A stretch of DNA of 64,000 nucleotides, taken from contig CAVQHD010000001.1 in the NCBI GenBank assembly GCA_963712275.1, positions 1,504,001-1,568,000 of the forward strand. The letters run 5' to 3'. A program made the position numbers and the translations under genes. The stretch is from an uncultured Rhabdochlamydiaceae bacterium (GTDB lineage: Bacteria > Chlamydiota > Chlamydiia > Chlamydiales > Rhabdochlamydiaceae). This document shows, piece after piece, positions 27,161 to 37,622 of this stretch. The notes beneath the pieces are model-generated. The model worked only from the letters and a program-made list of their open reading frames with translations, made no database searches and was not told where the DNA came from. The number at the start of each line of letters is the position of its first letter. Within the stretch, counting starts at the first letter, position 1.

Positions 27161-28837
27161 ATGGCATTATTAACTCGAACTTCTAGTCAGCAGGAGTTTA
27201 CTTGCAAGCTCCGCGAGTTAAAGTCAGTTTTAAGCTTTAGGGGAGAAGTCATTGATCAATACCTCAATATCATTGACAAAACAAGCTGGCAATGGCGTCT
27301 TCTATGCCTCTTTCGCCCCTTTTACACTCTTTTAGGATATGATGCGTATAGCCATGTTCGCGTTAACCGTGTTGTGGAAAACTTTTTTAAATACTGTAAA
27401 ACCAATCAACAATATCTCGATGCGAATCTTGTTAAGAAAATCATAGACGAAATTCTTACCCCTCTCAACGTAAAAACAAAATCAAGATCTCAATTTTTGA
27501 TTGATAGCACGATCCATCGACTACAATCACTTTTATCTACAGAAAATAAGTCCTCTCCTAAACCAGTTGGTCCAAATAATTGCCGCTGGCTTTCAACGAC
27601 GGAAACTGCAACGGGAATTAGTGTGCAGCAACAACAGGTGTTTGAAACAGCTCTTTCCTGTGCCTATTCTTCCACGACGCCTAAAATAACTTATGAAAAA
27701 GACATCTCAACTCCGAAGATTGTCCATTACTTGCATGTCTGGGAAGGACCAAAAATGGTTCGCTCTTTCATGCTCCCTATGAAGATTGTTATTTACACCC
27801 CTCCTTCTAAAACCGACCAAGTCATCATTGTGACTAAAAAAGAGGTTTTCGGCGGCGAAGAGAGGCATGTGAGAGTCTGTTATAATGCAACACTAGGAGA
27901 AGTGTTAGTAAAAAAACAGATTACTTCACTAGAAAAAGGGCTGCTAACCTGCTTTCAAAAAACGCCGGCAAGAGGTGTTGAAAAAATTAACTTTTGGAGG
28001 GACTATCCAAATAAGACACATGTTTTTGAGCCCTTTTACGAAGGAACACTCAAAGACCTCTTAACAACAGATAAACAACTTCTCAAAGATCAAACAGTAA
28101 AGCTCTCTATCACCAAAGACCTTCTTTGCGGTTTAAAAAAGGTGCATGAGTGCTCATTCTCAAACTTATCTTTTAGTCGACAAGTGATAAGAGGTGATCA
28201 AAAGATCACCTATTCGCTTAAAGCTGACTCTGTTCCAGTTTACCATGGAGATTTAAAGCCACTCAACATTCTTCACCGTCTTTCTCCGGGAACAGGGAAA
28301 CGAGAAGTTGTCATTATCGATTTTGGAGCATCCGGCCGGCTACTCGCTAATGTTGGTTCAACAGGATTTAGTCCTCCTGAACAACTTCAGCTCATGATCT
28401 CTGAAAAACCTCTTGAACTGCTATCTGATGATGAATCCACAATACAACTAGAAAAACAAAAAGATCACAACCTCAAGCATGGCCAAGCCAAAGATATCTG
28501 GTCCATGGGTTTGATCTTAACAGCTCTTGTGGCAGAAAAAACCTCTTCGGCTTGTGAATTCTTCGAAAGGATAGGCTTACCTCCTATGCCCTCTATAGAA
28601 AAGTGTATTAACCCCACTCCGCTTCCGAGTGTTTTCCGTGACCAAAAGATCATTTCTTTAACGCAACAAGCAATTGATGACGATTTAAACAACCCTGCCA
28701 TAATCTCGCAATCTGATCTAATGAATCAATCTATGTTAACGATCATTCGAGAAATGCTAAAGGTTGACCCCGCCAAGAGAATCTCAGCTAAAACAGCTTT
28801 AGAGATGTTTAACAAGTCCTTCCCCAAGGTGGAGTAA
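27161..28837 (+). CDS. Eukaryote-type Ser/Thr protein kinase with long N-terminal region
   Basis: HGDLKPLN, DFG, GFSPPE, DIWSMG, DPAKRISA. Confidence 0.88.
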   Translation: MALLTRTSSQQEFTCKLRELKSVLSFRGEVIDQYLNIIDKTSWQWRLLCLFRPFYTLLGYDAYSHVRVNRVVENFFKYCKTNQQYLDANLVKKIIDEILTPLNVKTKSRSQFLIDSTIHRLQSLLSTENKSSPKPVGPNNCRWLSTTETATGISVQQQQVFETALSCAYSSTTPKITYEKDISTPKIVHYLHVWEGPKMVRSFMLPMKIVIYTPPSKTDQVIIVTKKEVFGGEERHVRVCYNATLGEVLVKKQITSLEKGLLTCFQKTPARGVEKINFWRDYPNKTHVFEPFYEGTLKDLLTTDKQLLKDQTVKLSITKDLLCGLKKVHECSFSNLSFSRQVIRGDQKITYSLKADSVPVYHGDLKPLNILHRLSPGTGKREVVIIDFGASGRLLANVGSTGFSPPEQLQLMISEKPLELLSDDESTIQLEKQKDHNLKHGQAKDIWSMGLILTALVAEKTSSACEFFERIGLPPMPSIEKCINPTPLPSVFRDQKIISLTQQAIDDDLNNPAIISQSDLMNQSMLTIIREMLKVDPAKRISAKTALEMFNKSFPKVE

Positions 28838-28910
28838 AACTGCTTAGCAAGTCTTTCGCAAAACTTAAAATTTTACTAATGTTCTAATTTTTAGTTGGTT
28901 ATAATGATTC

Positions 28911-29417
28911 CTAATTCGGTAAGAGTCTCTTCGCCCTTCGAGCTTCCGCCTCTGTTTTTCGGTGCTCGCGCCGGTCATTGGCCTCTTCAAATCGCCGTTT
29001 TTCAAGAGGTGTTTCTGGAGTGACGGGAGGAACTTCGGTCGGCTGCCGGTTTTCATCGAGCGCAATGAAGGTGAAGTAAGCCGATAAAATATGCCTTTTC
29101 TCGCCTGTGATATAATGCTCTGCAATGACTTTGACTCCAATTTCCATCGAGGTGCGCCAGGTGCGGTTGATGGCCGCGCTAAAGAGTAAAATATCTCCTT
29201 GACCTGCCGGTCTTAAAAAATGCATCGAGTCGACGGAGGCTGTCACGCAGGTTTTTTTACTATGCCGCTCAGCAACAACAAGAGCTGTTCGATCGCAAAT
29301 CGCCATGATCATCCCTCCAAAAGCAGTTCCATAAGAGTTTAAATCATTAGGAAAAACTTTATACGTATGGTTGTTCACAGCAGAATCTTGCACACGCCCA
29401 GGTTTCAGCTTTGTCAT
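28911..29417 (-). CDS. Acyl-CoA thioesterase (hotdog fold)
   Basis: VFPNDLNSYGTAFGG, VTASVD, RTSMEIGV; start at ATG 29417. Confidence 0.9.
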   Translation of the reverse strand: MTKLKPGRVQDSAVNNHTYKVFPNDLNSYGTAFGGMIMAICDRTALVVAERHSKKTCVTASVDSMHFLRPAGQGDILLFSAAINRTWRTSMEIGVKVIAEHYITGEKRHILSAYFTFIALDENRQPTEVPPVTPETPLEKRRFEEANDRREHRKTEAEARRAKRLLPN

Positions 29418-29489
29418 AGAAACACCTTTTTGGTATAGTACATAGAAACTGGCTTTGCAAATACTCCCTAGTTTTTGAAGGCATACCAT

Positions 29490-31325
29490 ATGTGTGGAAT
29501 ATTCGGATACATTGGAACGGAAGAAAATTCGGCAGCGATCTGTTTAAAAGGGCTTGAACGGCTGGAATACCGCGGCTATGACTCAGCAGGTCTTTGCGGG
29601 ATTTACCAGGAAGAGCTTAAGTTTTGGAAAGAACCAGGCAAAATCCGGTTTTTAGAAGAAGCTTGGCAAAAAGAGCAGGTACCTCTCCGTTTGGCCATCG
29701 CCCACACCCGCTGGGCAACCCACGGAACCCCTACGCGAGAAAACGCACACCCCCATTTTGATGAGCATTTTCACGTTGCCGTCGTCCATAATGGAATCAT
29801 TGAAAACCACCGTCCTCTAAGAGAGATGCTTCAGGCTCAAGGCGTTCAATTCAAGTCCCAAACCGACACCGAAGTGATTGCGCAGCTCATTGCCTACTAT
29901 TATCAAGGAGATCTTGTAGCCGCCACCCAGCAAGCCCTTTCTCTGATGCAAGGGTTTTGGGGTATCGCTGTCATTCATAAAAATCATCCTCATCAAATAA
30001 TTGCAGCCGCCCGGGAAAACACGCTTGCAGTGGCTTATAACTCTGCCACTCAAGAGGCGTTTCTTTCCTCCGACCCCAACGCTTTTCACACGCCGGACCT
30101 TGATGTTCTCTTTCTTCAAAACAATGAACTTGCCGTCATCCAAGTAGATAAGGTGGAAGTATTTGATTCTGCGCGCATCCCCGTTGCAAAAACCGCTGAA
30201 AAATTCACCCTCGATCACTTTAACAGATCAAAAGGGGATTTTGAGCATTTCATGTTGAAAGAGATCTTTGAACAACCTGAAACTTTAAAGCAGGCATTGC
30301 ACAATCGATTCATTGAAGATTTTGGAACCGTGGAATTTGAAAATTTTCACCTTTCGCCGCAAGATCTCCAATCAATAGAGCGGATTCTGATTTTAGGATG
30401 CGGAACCTCTTGGCATGCAGGGCTCATCGCTGCTACCCTCTTGGAAGAAAAGGCCCGTATTCCCTGCCAAGTCGAAATTGCTTCTGAATTCCGGTATAAA
30501 AACCCCATTGTCTCTGATAATACCCTTGTCATTGCGCTGAGTCAATCCGGAGAGACACTTGACACCATCGCAGCTGTGCGTGAGGTCAAGCAAAAAGGGT
30601 CCAAAGTTCTTGCCATTTGCAATGTTCGAAATTCAACCCTCACCCGAGAGTCCGATGCGACCATTTTCCTTAGAGCTGGACCCGAAATCAGCGTCTGCTC
30701 TACCAAGGCCTTTACAAGTCAAATTACAGTCCTTTCGCTCCTCGCCATTCTCCTTGGAAGACAGCGGCACCTAAGTAAAGAGGAAGGGCAAAAGCTTTTG
30801 GGCGACTTGCGCACCCTTCCCTCCCTGATTGAAGAAGTGCTCACTTTAGGGCCTAAAATCCAGGAGTGCGCCCAAAAATATGCCCAGTATCCTACCTTCT
30901 TCTTTTTAGGGCGCCATTACATGTTCCCCACAAGTTTAGAGGCTGCTCTTAAACTCAAAGAGATTTCCTATCTTAACGCCTGCGCCTATCCGGCAGGTGA
31001 AATGAAGCACGGCCCGATCGCTCTTTTAAATGCAAACCTTCCCGTTATTGGCCTTTGCGGCAATGAACGGACTATAGAGAAAATAGCTAGCAATATGATG
31101 GAAGTCAAAGCCAGGGGTGCTCCTCTTCTTGCCTTTGCTTTTCCGCAATCTACTGATATTAAAGAGATTGCAGATGATATGATCCCTATTCCCAAATGTC
31201 CTGATTGGGTTGCCCCCATCCCTTTTTCTGTTGCCCTCCAGCTCTTTGCCTACTATACCGCCTGTGTTCAGAAGACCGATATCGATCAACCGCGCAACCT
31301 GGCCAAATCGGTAACTGTCGAGTAG
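29490..31325 (+). CDS. glmS: Glutamine-fructose-6-phosphate transaminase
   Basis: MCGIF start, HTRWATHG, SQSGET, PRNLAKSVTVE. Confidence 0.98.
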   Translation: MCGIFGYIGTEENSAAICLKGLERLEYRGYDSAGLCGIYQEELKFWKEPGKIRFLEEAWQKEQVPLRLAIAHTRWATHGTPTRENAHPHFDEHFHVAVVHNGIIENHRPLREMLQAQGVQFKSQTDTEVIAQLIAYYYQGDLVAATQQALSLMQGFWGIAVIHKNHPHQIIAAARENTLAVAYNSATQEAFLSSDPNAFHTPDLDVLFLQNNELAVIQVDKVEVFDSARIPVAKTAEKFTLDHFNRSKGDFEHFMLKEIFEQPETLKQALHNRFIEDFGTVEFENFHLSPQDLQSIERILILGCGTSWHAGLIAATLLEEKARIPCQVEIASEFRYKNPIVSDNTLVIALSQSGETLDTIAAVREVKQKGSKVLAICNVRNSTLTRESDATIFLRAGPEISVCSTKAFTSQITVLSLLAILLGRQRHLSKEEGQKLLGDLRTLPSLIEEVLTLGPKIQECAQKYAQYPTFFFLGRHYMFPTSLEAALKLKEISYLNACAYPAGEMKHGPIALLNANLPVIGLCGNERTIEKIASNMMEVKARGAPLLAFAFPQSTDIKEIADDMIPIPKCPDWVAPIPFSVALQLFAYYTACVQKTDIDQPRNLAKSVTVE

Positions 31326-31439
31326 GGGGGCTCCCTCAATAACCCATTGTAAATAAGCACGTTAAAAGTTCAATAATTTGTTTTACTATTTATTTAATAT
31401 CTGTTAAAATAATAATAAGAATTAATAAGGAGTCATAGA

Positions 31440-32975
31440 ATGACTACAGCAACAACTACTACTACAAATCCCAATTCGCCCCAATCTCGTCCTGATGGAC
31501 CTTTTGTTACGCTCCAAGAAATCCCCGAGCAGAAGCTCGAGCTTCCAATGAACGGGAAAACCTATCGAATCACCCGGTTACGACAGCGTAGGGGAGGAAA
31601 AACAGGAGAATGGGTAAATGTCGATCTTTCAAAATTGACGAATGCTGAAAAACTAAGTCTAGTGAATTCAGCGACTCGAACCGCGGCTCTTTTCGATCGG
31701 CTTAATCGCAGCCCAAAAGAACTTAAGCAAGCCCACAAATTGACCCTTCACTTCAACCAAGGGTATGAGATGCCCTCTTCTGTTCCACACTTTTTTGGAT
31801 TTGGCAAATATGCTCCGGGGCCCTCAAAGCTTCAAGGAATCACCTACAAATCGACACCTGATTCTCAAAAAAAGACCTTTAAGGTCGAACTTGAAAAATA
31901 CGATCTAGCCGACCAATCACAGATTCTTCAGATCACTGATCCTTTAACGCTCACAATAAACCAGTTTGCCTCTCAGCAATCTTCGGCTTCTTCCCTAAAA
32001 AAGCTCAATGCAGCTTCTCCCAACAATACCGCGCCTTCCCCTGCAAACGCGCCTCTAAGCCAGAGGGATAGTAATCAAACTAGAGTAACTCCTGTTGTTA
32101 CAAGCGCTGATGATGATGACGAAACTCTAGAGAAGAAAACTAAGCGATCGCCTGCACCTCAAAAAAATGTTAGAGCACCTGCTAATGCCCGATTCAAGCG
32201 AGTCCCCTGTGAACGTGTAGGCATGACCTGCTTTGTAAACACAGCTTTGCAGACCATGGCCCATCTCACCCCTTTGCGCCTTTTATTTGATGCAAATCGC
32301 AACACACTTACAAAACAGCCGGGTGAAACAGATGATAACCTCAGGAAGCGAAAGATTGTCCAACAAAAAGGAAGCACAATCATTAATGCTATTTTAGACG
32401 GAAGTACAGCGACAAGACTCGAAGAGTTTATCCAAGCTGTTAATGATGCTACTGGGAAAAAACAAGGAGATCCTGATTTTATCGATACCAAGAGGGCAGG
32501 TGACGCGAAAAATCTACTTGGGATAATTCAAGGCATCTTAACATCTTCCAAATTTATTTATGGTGGCTTCAATGCCTCTGCTTTAAACCGTCGTGATCAG
32601 ATGATTACAGCCCTTCGTCAACAACAAGCTCGCAGTGATGACTTTCCTCCAATGTTGCGTTTTATTAATCAAGGAAACCAACACTACCCCAATGAAGCCT
32701 ATAACATGCGCGATACCATTCAGCTTCAAGGGATAGGGACCTATCGGCTTGAAGCTGTAATCTACAGCTCCAACATGAATAGTGATGGCAGTGTATCGAC
32801 GAGTGGAGTTGGTCATTGTATGCCTATTGTTCGCTCAGGGGAAAATACCTTTGCTCTAGTAGATGATTTAAATCAGCGACAAGTAAGGTCTGAAAGCAAA
32901 GAAGAGGTCTTAGAGCGCTTAAATAGTAAACAGGGATGGCAAGTAGCCTACTACGTTAAGGTAGACCAGCAATAA
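31440..32975 (+). CDS. Putative USP-type (C19-like) deubiquitinase with low-complexity N-terminus
   Basis: Cys box RVGMTCFVNTALQTM; His box YRLEAVIY...GVGHCMPIVR...FALVDD. Confidence 0.65.
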   Translation: MTTATTTTTNPNSPQSRPDGPFVTLQEIPEQKLELPMNGKTYRITRLRQRRGGKTGEWVNVDLSKLTNAEKLSLVNSATRTAALFDRLNRSPKELKQAHKLTLHFNQGYEMPSSVPHFFGFGKYAPGPSKLQGITYKSTPDSQKKTFKVELEKYDLADQSQILQITDPLTLTINQFASQQSSASSLKKLNAASPNNTAPSPANAPLSQRDSNQTRVTPVVTSADDDDETLEKKTKRSPAPQKNVRAPANARFKRVPCERVGMTCFVNTALQTMAHLTPLRLLFDANRNTLTKQPGETDDNLRKRKIVQQKGSTIINAILDGSTATRLEEFIQAVNDATGKKQGDPDFIDTKRAGDAKNLLGIIQGILTSSKFIYGGFNASALNRRDQMITALRQQQARSDDFPPMLRFINQGNQHYPNEAYNMRDTIQLQGIGTYRLEAVIYSSNMNSDGSVSTSGVGHCMPIVRSGENTFALVDDLNQRQVRSESKEEVLERLNSKQGWQVAYYVKVDQQ

Positions 32976-33019
32976 CTTTGACTTGACCCGGGGAAATGAA
33001 GGTCTCATAATGCCTTGTT

Positions 33020-33574
33020 ATGGGACACCACGCCAACGCGCAAGCCTCACTAGAAGCCTCCGCTAAGATCCACTCTCGATGGATTCATGAGGGCCGTTTT
33101 ATCTCGGTTCGAAGGGATGAGATCGACTTCCCTGACGGAAAACATAAAAATTGGGATATTGTCGTCCACCCAGGCGCTGTCGGTGTCGTCCCCTTGACAA
33201 AGGAAGGAGATCTTATCCTTGTTGAGCAGTGGCGAAGGACCGTTGGCTGCATTACCTTAGAGATTCCTGCAGGTTGTTTGGATCCAGGCGAAACCCCTGA
33301 AACCTGCGCCAATCGAGAGCTTCAAGAAGAAATCGGGTATCAAGCAGAAGAGCTGATTCCTCTTGGATCTTACTTTAGTTCTCCTGGAATTTTAACGGAA
33401 AAAATCCACCTTTTCATTGGGAAAAAGTTGACCCCAAGTCGTCTCATTGCTGAAGATACAGATGAGATTGACGTTCGCATTGTTCCCTTTAAAACCGCCC
33501 TTAAAATGATTGAAGAGGGGATCATCTGCGATGCTAAAACAGCCCTTGGAATCTTGAGAATGGGGGCGTTATGA
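33020..33574 (+). CDS. NUDIX hydrolase (ADP-ribose pyrophosphatase-like)
   Basis: EIPAGCLDPGETPETCANRELQEEIG, SSPG, DAKT. Confidence 0.92.
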   Translation: MGHHANAQASLEASAKIHSRWIHEGRFISVRRDEIDFPDGKHKNWDIVVHPGAVGVVPLTKEGDLILVEQWRRTVGCITLEIPAGCLDPGETPETCANRELQEEIGYQAEELIPLGSYFSSPGILTEKIHLFIGKKLTPSRLIAEDTDEIDVRIVPFKTALKMIEEGIICDAKTALGILRMGAL

Positions 33575-36500
33575 TCCGTTTGGTGGGTAAACTCCTCATC
33601 TTGCTTTTTTGCGTTGCTCTTCTTCTGGCTATTTTTGCCCCCTCTTTTCTGTCGACGAAGTTCGGCCAACATGCGATTTTCCGTCTCATTAAAAGTTTTT
33701 CGGGGTATCAGCTCCAGGCAGATCAGCTGCAGCTTCGGTGGCTGGGCGGGCAAACCGCTGAAAAGGTTGAAGTCATAGGTCCCTCTGGACGGCCTGTTTT
33801 TCAGGCTGAGACGATTCTCTCTTCGGCTTCTCTTTGGCAGCTTCTTTTTTACCACGATGTTGGGCGCCTTGAAGTGACTGCCCCATTGGTATGGATCGAG
33901 CCTCCGCCGCCGCTTGCCGCTAAACTCGCCATTTGCCAGGCGGGATTTTTCTTTTCTTTTTCTCTCCCTTTCCCGATGCATTTTCTAGGTGAAATCTCTG
34001 TCACCCATGGAGGGGTCCAATTTGGAGGAGTTGGACTCGACCTCATTACCATGAAAGAGATTGAGTTAGAGGCCTCTATTTTGCCTAGACAACTGAAAGT
34101 TAAAGCTTCGGGAAGCACGGAAGAATTATCGAGTCAAAAAAGCAAAGGGACTTTTCAGGTTGACCTTCTCGCTTATCCAGGATCTGATCAGATCGATGCT
34201 AGCGCCGAGCTTAGCGACTTTCCTCTGCGCGCAGCTGATCAGCTTGTCTCGCTGATGTATCCGAAGTGGAAAGGAATTATTTTAGATGCCATTGGAGAGA
34301 CCGTTAGCGCCCAGCTTCGGCTTAAAAACCTCCAAAATGTTCTCGATATTTACTTGAATGCAAACTCTGATCTCTTTTCAGCCCACCTTGAAACAAAGAT
34401 CCAGGAGGAAACCTTGGTTTTGGCTTCTCCCGGGGTGATTCAGTTTCAAGTCCCTGCCAAGGCGTTTAAAGAGCTCACTTCGCTTTCCCTCAAGGATAAA
34501 ATGGCTGCCCAAATTAAAATTGATGAACTTTTGATCCCTCTGCAGCATCGAGCCCAATTTACCCTTCAAGGAACGTTAAAATCAGAGCCTCTTCAGTTTG
34601 AAGATTGGACGCTGGACCCCTTTTCTCTTTTAATAGCCACATCTCCTGCGTCGGAAGGAGAGTGGAGCGTCAAGATTGATTCTCCTCAAATTCAATTTCA
34701 CGGATCGGTTCACCTTCCAGAAGATTGGGAGAATCTCTCTGTTTCAGGGCAGGCCCTTCTTCCTAAAAATACCACCCTTGATATCTCTGCTCCTTCATTA
34801 AAATCGATCTCTGTTGTCCTACAAGGAGATCATTGGCATGGACGGCTCAAAGGAGCTTTTGATCCGATTAAAAAAACGGTCTCTTTGAATGAGCCTGCTT
34901 CTCTAGCATTTGAGCTTTCAAATTCTAACTTTTTAAAAGAGCCCTTGCCTATTCAGATCTCACTCCACCCATTTCACTTGAACCTGCAGACACTCAGTGG
35001 AACAATTAAGGGCTCTGCCGAAGCACCCCCTTTTTTGCTAGGCACCTCTCACGTGGATCAAACAACGGCTAGCTTCCATGGAGATCTTAAAAATAAACAA
35101 GCCTTCTTCTCGCTGGCTTCCAAGGTTGACCAAGGCCCTTTGATGATCGAAGGAAGCGTAAGCTGGCCTTGGCAGCTCACGCTTAAAGGGTCGTGCAGTG
35201 AGCTTCCTATTGCCTCCATTCAATCCTTTCTACCACGGGGGCCTTCTCTCCCCTTTCTTCTAGGAAATGTTCTAACGACAGATTTTCATGCTGCTCTTTC
35301 TGAAAACACAAACTTCCTCCAACTTACGGCCTCCTCCCCCCTTCTGAAGTTAAAGGCGATCTTAAAAGCCACCTCTCAGCAATTTGAGCTCACAGAGCCT
35401 GCAACCTTTCTGTGGACGCTGACTCCTCAAGGGTATACTTCCATCATCGAGTTTTTAAAAGGAAATCCTGCTCTTGCCCTTTCTCAGCCTGTCATCTTCA
35501 AAGGGTCGATTGAATCTCTGACAATCCCCCTTCAAAAAGATCTTTCTCTGGATCAACTCTTAAACGACTTGCAATACCAAGGAAAAATGAGCGCAGATAC
35601 TCTTGCATTCAGCTCAAATCGAATTGATCAGCTTCAAATTAACTTAAGTCATCCATCTCCTACAAAGCCTCATCAGTTTCAGCTCTCTGCAACGGCAGCT
35701 CCTCAAGGATCCCTTTCCTGCCAAGGCAGCTGGACTCCTCCGGGAACTGCAAACTTGACCCTTCTCCTAGACCGATTTCCTTCGGCTGCCTTTGATTTCT
35801 TCATCGCACCCTTGAAAAAAGACCTCTTTTCGATGGCAACTCTGTGCGGACCGGTTTTAAACCTTTCTGCAGAGACCACCCTCAATCAGTGGACCGGCCC
35901 CGTCAAGTTAGACCTGCATTCAGCTAATCTGCGCACCTCGCTTCAAGGCGCTTTGACGCAAGGCGTACTCACTTTAACAAACCCCTTCCACCTGCAGCTC
36001 GATGTTACCCCTGCTGTGAGCCAAATGCTTTTCCAGCAGATGAACCCCCTCTCTCTAAAATCTGTGCAATCTGAAGGACCAATCACCTTAGAAATCTCTC
36101 CTCAAGGGTTCTCCTATCCCCTTTCACCTCATGATATTTCTCATCTTGAAATCGGGGCGGGGCGGCTTGAACTTGGAAAGCTCCTCTGTCGCAATGAAGG
36201 GAATATCCAAGTCACACTTGGACTTCTTAAGCTAGGGCAATACCACTCAGGAGATGAGCTCAAACTCTGGGCTGCACCGCTCATCTTTCACGTGCAGCAC
36301 GGCATTCTTGACTGTGAAAGAACCGAAATTCTCGTCGCCGAAAATTTCCAAATCTGCCTTTGGGGCGCTGTCGATTTCCCCGATAATTCCATCGATGCCG
36401 TTTTAGGACTAACAGCAAGCTGCTTAAAAAATGCCTTTGGAATCAAAGGACTGCCGGAAAATTATGTGCTTCAACTCCCCTTGCGCGGGACCCTCACCGA

Positions 36501-36822
36501 TGCCAAAATCAACTCAGGGAAAGCAGGGACAAAGATTGGAGCACTTCTCCTCTGGCAGCAAAAAGGAGCTGTCGGGGGCATCGCTAAAGGACCTGCCGGA
36601 GCGCTTCTTGGCGAAATGATCAACAAACTGGGGCCTCTTCCCGGGGGAGACCAGAAAGCCCCGCCCGCCAAACACCCCTTCCCCTGGGAAACAAAGGGAG
36701 GGTCAAAGGAAACCAAGCAGCCCAGCTCTAAAAAGAAAAACACCCCAACTTCTCAGGCGCAGCGCAAAGTCATCCATCCCAACGACTCTGCCGTCAAACA
36801 AGCTCTCAAGCTGCTCAGGTGA
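33571..36822 (+). CDS. Large envelope protein (AsmA-like?)
   Basis: N-terminal TM followed by a long beta-rich region; family call is inference. Confidence 0.55.
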   Translation: MIRLVGKLLILLFCVALLLAIFAPSFLSTKFGQHAIFRLIKSFSGYQLQADQLQLRWLGGQTAEKVEVIGPSGRPVFQAETILSSASLWQLLFYHDVGRLEVTAPLVWIEPPPPLAAKLAICQAGFFFSFSLPFPMHFLGEISVTHGGVQFGGVGLDLITMKEIELEASILPRQLKVKASGSTEELSSQKSKGTFQVDLLAYPGSDQIDASAELSDFPLRAADQLVSLMYPKWKGIILDAIGETVSAQLRLKNLQNVLDIYLNANSDLFSAHLETKIQEETLVLASPGVIQFQVPAKAFKELTSLSLKDKMAAQIKIDELLIPLQHRAQFTLQGTLKSEPLQFEDWTLDPFSLLIATSPASEGEWSVKIDSPQIQFHGSVHLPEDWENLSVSGQALLPKNTTLDISAPSLKSISVVLQGDHWHGRLKGAFDPIKKTVSLNEPASLAFELSNSNFLKEPLPIQISLHPFHLNLQTLSGTIKGSAEAPPFLLGTSHVDQTTASFHGDLKNKQAFFSLASKVDQGPLMIEGSVSWPWQLTLKGSCSELPIASIQSFLPRGPSLPFLLGNVLTTDFHAALSENTNFLQLTASSPLLKLKAILKATSQQFELTEPATFLWTLTPQGYTSIIEFLKGNPALALSQPVIFKGSIESLTIPLQKDLSLDQLLNDLQYQGKMSADTLAFSSNRIDQLQINLSHPSPTKPHQFQLSATAAPQGSLSCQGSWTPPGTANLTLLLDRFPSAAFDFFIAPLKKDLFSMATLCGPVLNLSAETTLNQWTGPVKLDLHSANLRTSLQGALTQGVLTLTNPFHLQLDVTPAVSQMLFQQMNPLSLKSVQSEGPITLEISPQGFSYPLSPHDISHLEIGAGRLELGKLLCRNEGNIQVTLGLLKLGQYHSGDELKLWAAPLIFHVQHGILDCERTEILVAENFQICLWGAVDFPDNSIDAVLGLTASCLKNAFGIKGLPENYVLQLPLRGTLTDAKINSGKAGTKIGALLLWQQKGAVGGIAKGPAGALLGEMINKLGPLPGGDQKAPPAKHPFPWETKGGSKETKQPSSKKKNTPTSQAQRKVIHPNDSAVKQALKLLR

Positions 36823-36826
36823 AGTA

Positions 36827-37498
36827 TCAATCCGGAAGCTCCTGCCCAAGCTGCCAAAGTGAGTTATGGAAGATATGGGCAGCAATAGAACAGATGATCC
36901 CATCCGAATCAGCTATGCTTCCCCAAACTAATGCGCTGGGAAACATGGCCAATAATCCCCCCACCGGCCTGTCATGGCATAAGACAAAAAGTACAGAAGA
37001 AACAAAGATCGAAATATGCTTTGCAGTCAAGACATAACCTCTGACGAGAATGCCTTTAGATGTAATGAAAGTTCCTAAGACTCTTTTATGCGCTTCACAA
37101 AAATTAAACCCTTTTTGAATGACCCATCTGGTTCCTCGTTGAATGATAAATCGATAAAGGAGCTCCTCTTGGATAGGTCCAATAATGGTCACAAGCCGAA
37201 CACCAATGAAATTTTTAGATAAATCTTGTTCTTGTTTACCTGATGTAAATTGGCTTTTTAAACAAAGAGAAAAAACAAAAGTCGCTTCTACTATTCCCCC
37301 AATAAGCCCAATACCCATTCCCTTCGCAAATGCTTTAGGGTTCGCAAGAAGTCCAATAGCGATTATATCAATGACTTTTGACAATTCATAGTGCCTTAGA
37401 AAGACATGTAAAGAAGTTTTTTTAGCGTGAGACGCTAAAACGTCAACAGCAACTTTAATAGGGTAAGATCCTAAATTATTAATTGCATCTATAATCAT
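36827..37498 (-). CDS. CPBP/Abi family intramembrane metalloprotease
   Basis: PIQEELLYR, LFVLCH, AAHIFHN. Confidence 0.85.
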   Translation of the reverse strand: MIIDAINNLGSYPIKVAVDVLASHAKKTSLHVFLRHYELSKVIDIIAIGLLANPKAFAKGMGIGLIGGIVEATFVFSLCLKSQFTSGKQEQDLSKNFIGVRLVTIIGPIQEELLYRFIIQRGTRWVIQKGFNFCEAHKRVLGTFITSKGILVRGYVLTAKHISIFVSSVLFVLCHDRPVGGLLAMFPSALVWGSIADSDGIICSIAAHIFHNSLWQLGQELPD

Positions 37499-37622
37499 AG
37501 AGAATAATTGTATCCATTCCCATCTTAAATTTCAAGGCGGAACGACTTTGGCAAGAAAAGAATTGAAGTTAACATCGACATTTTTTAAAATCGGTTCCTA
37601 ACTTTAACGGAGGATTGTTGTC

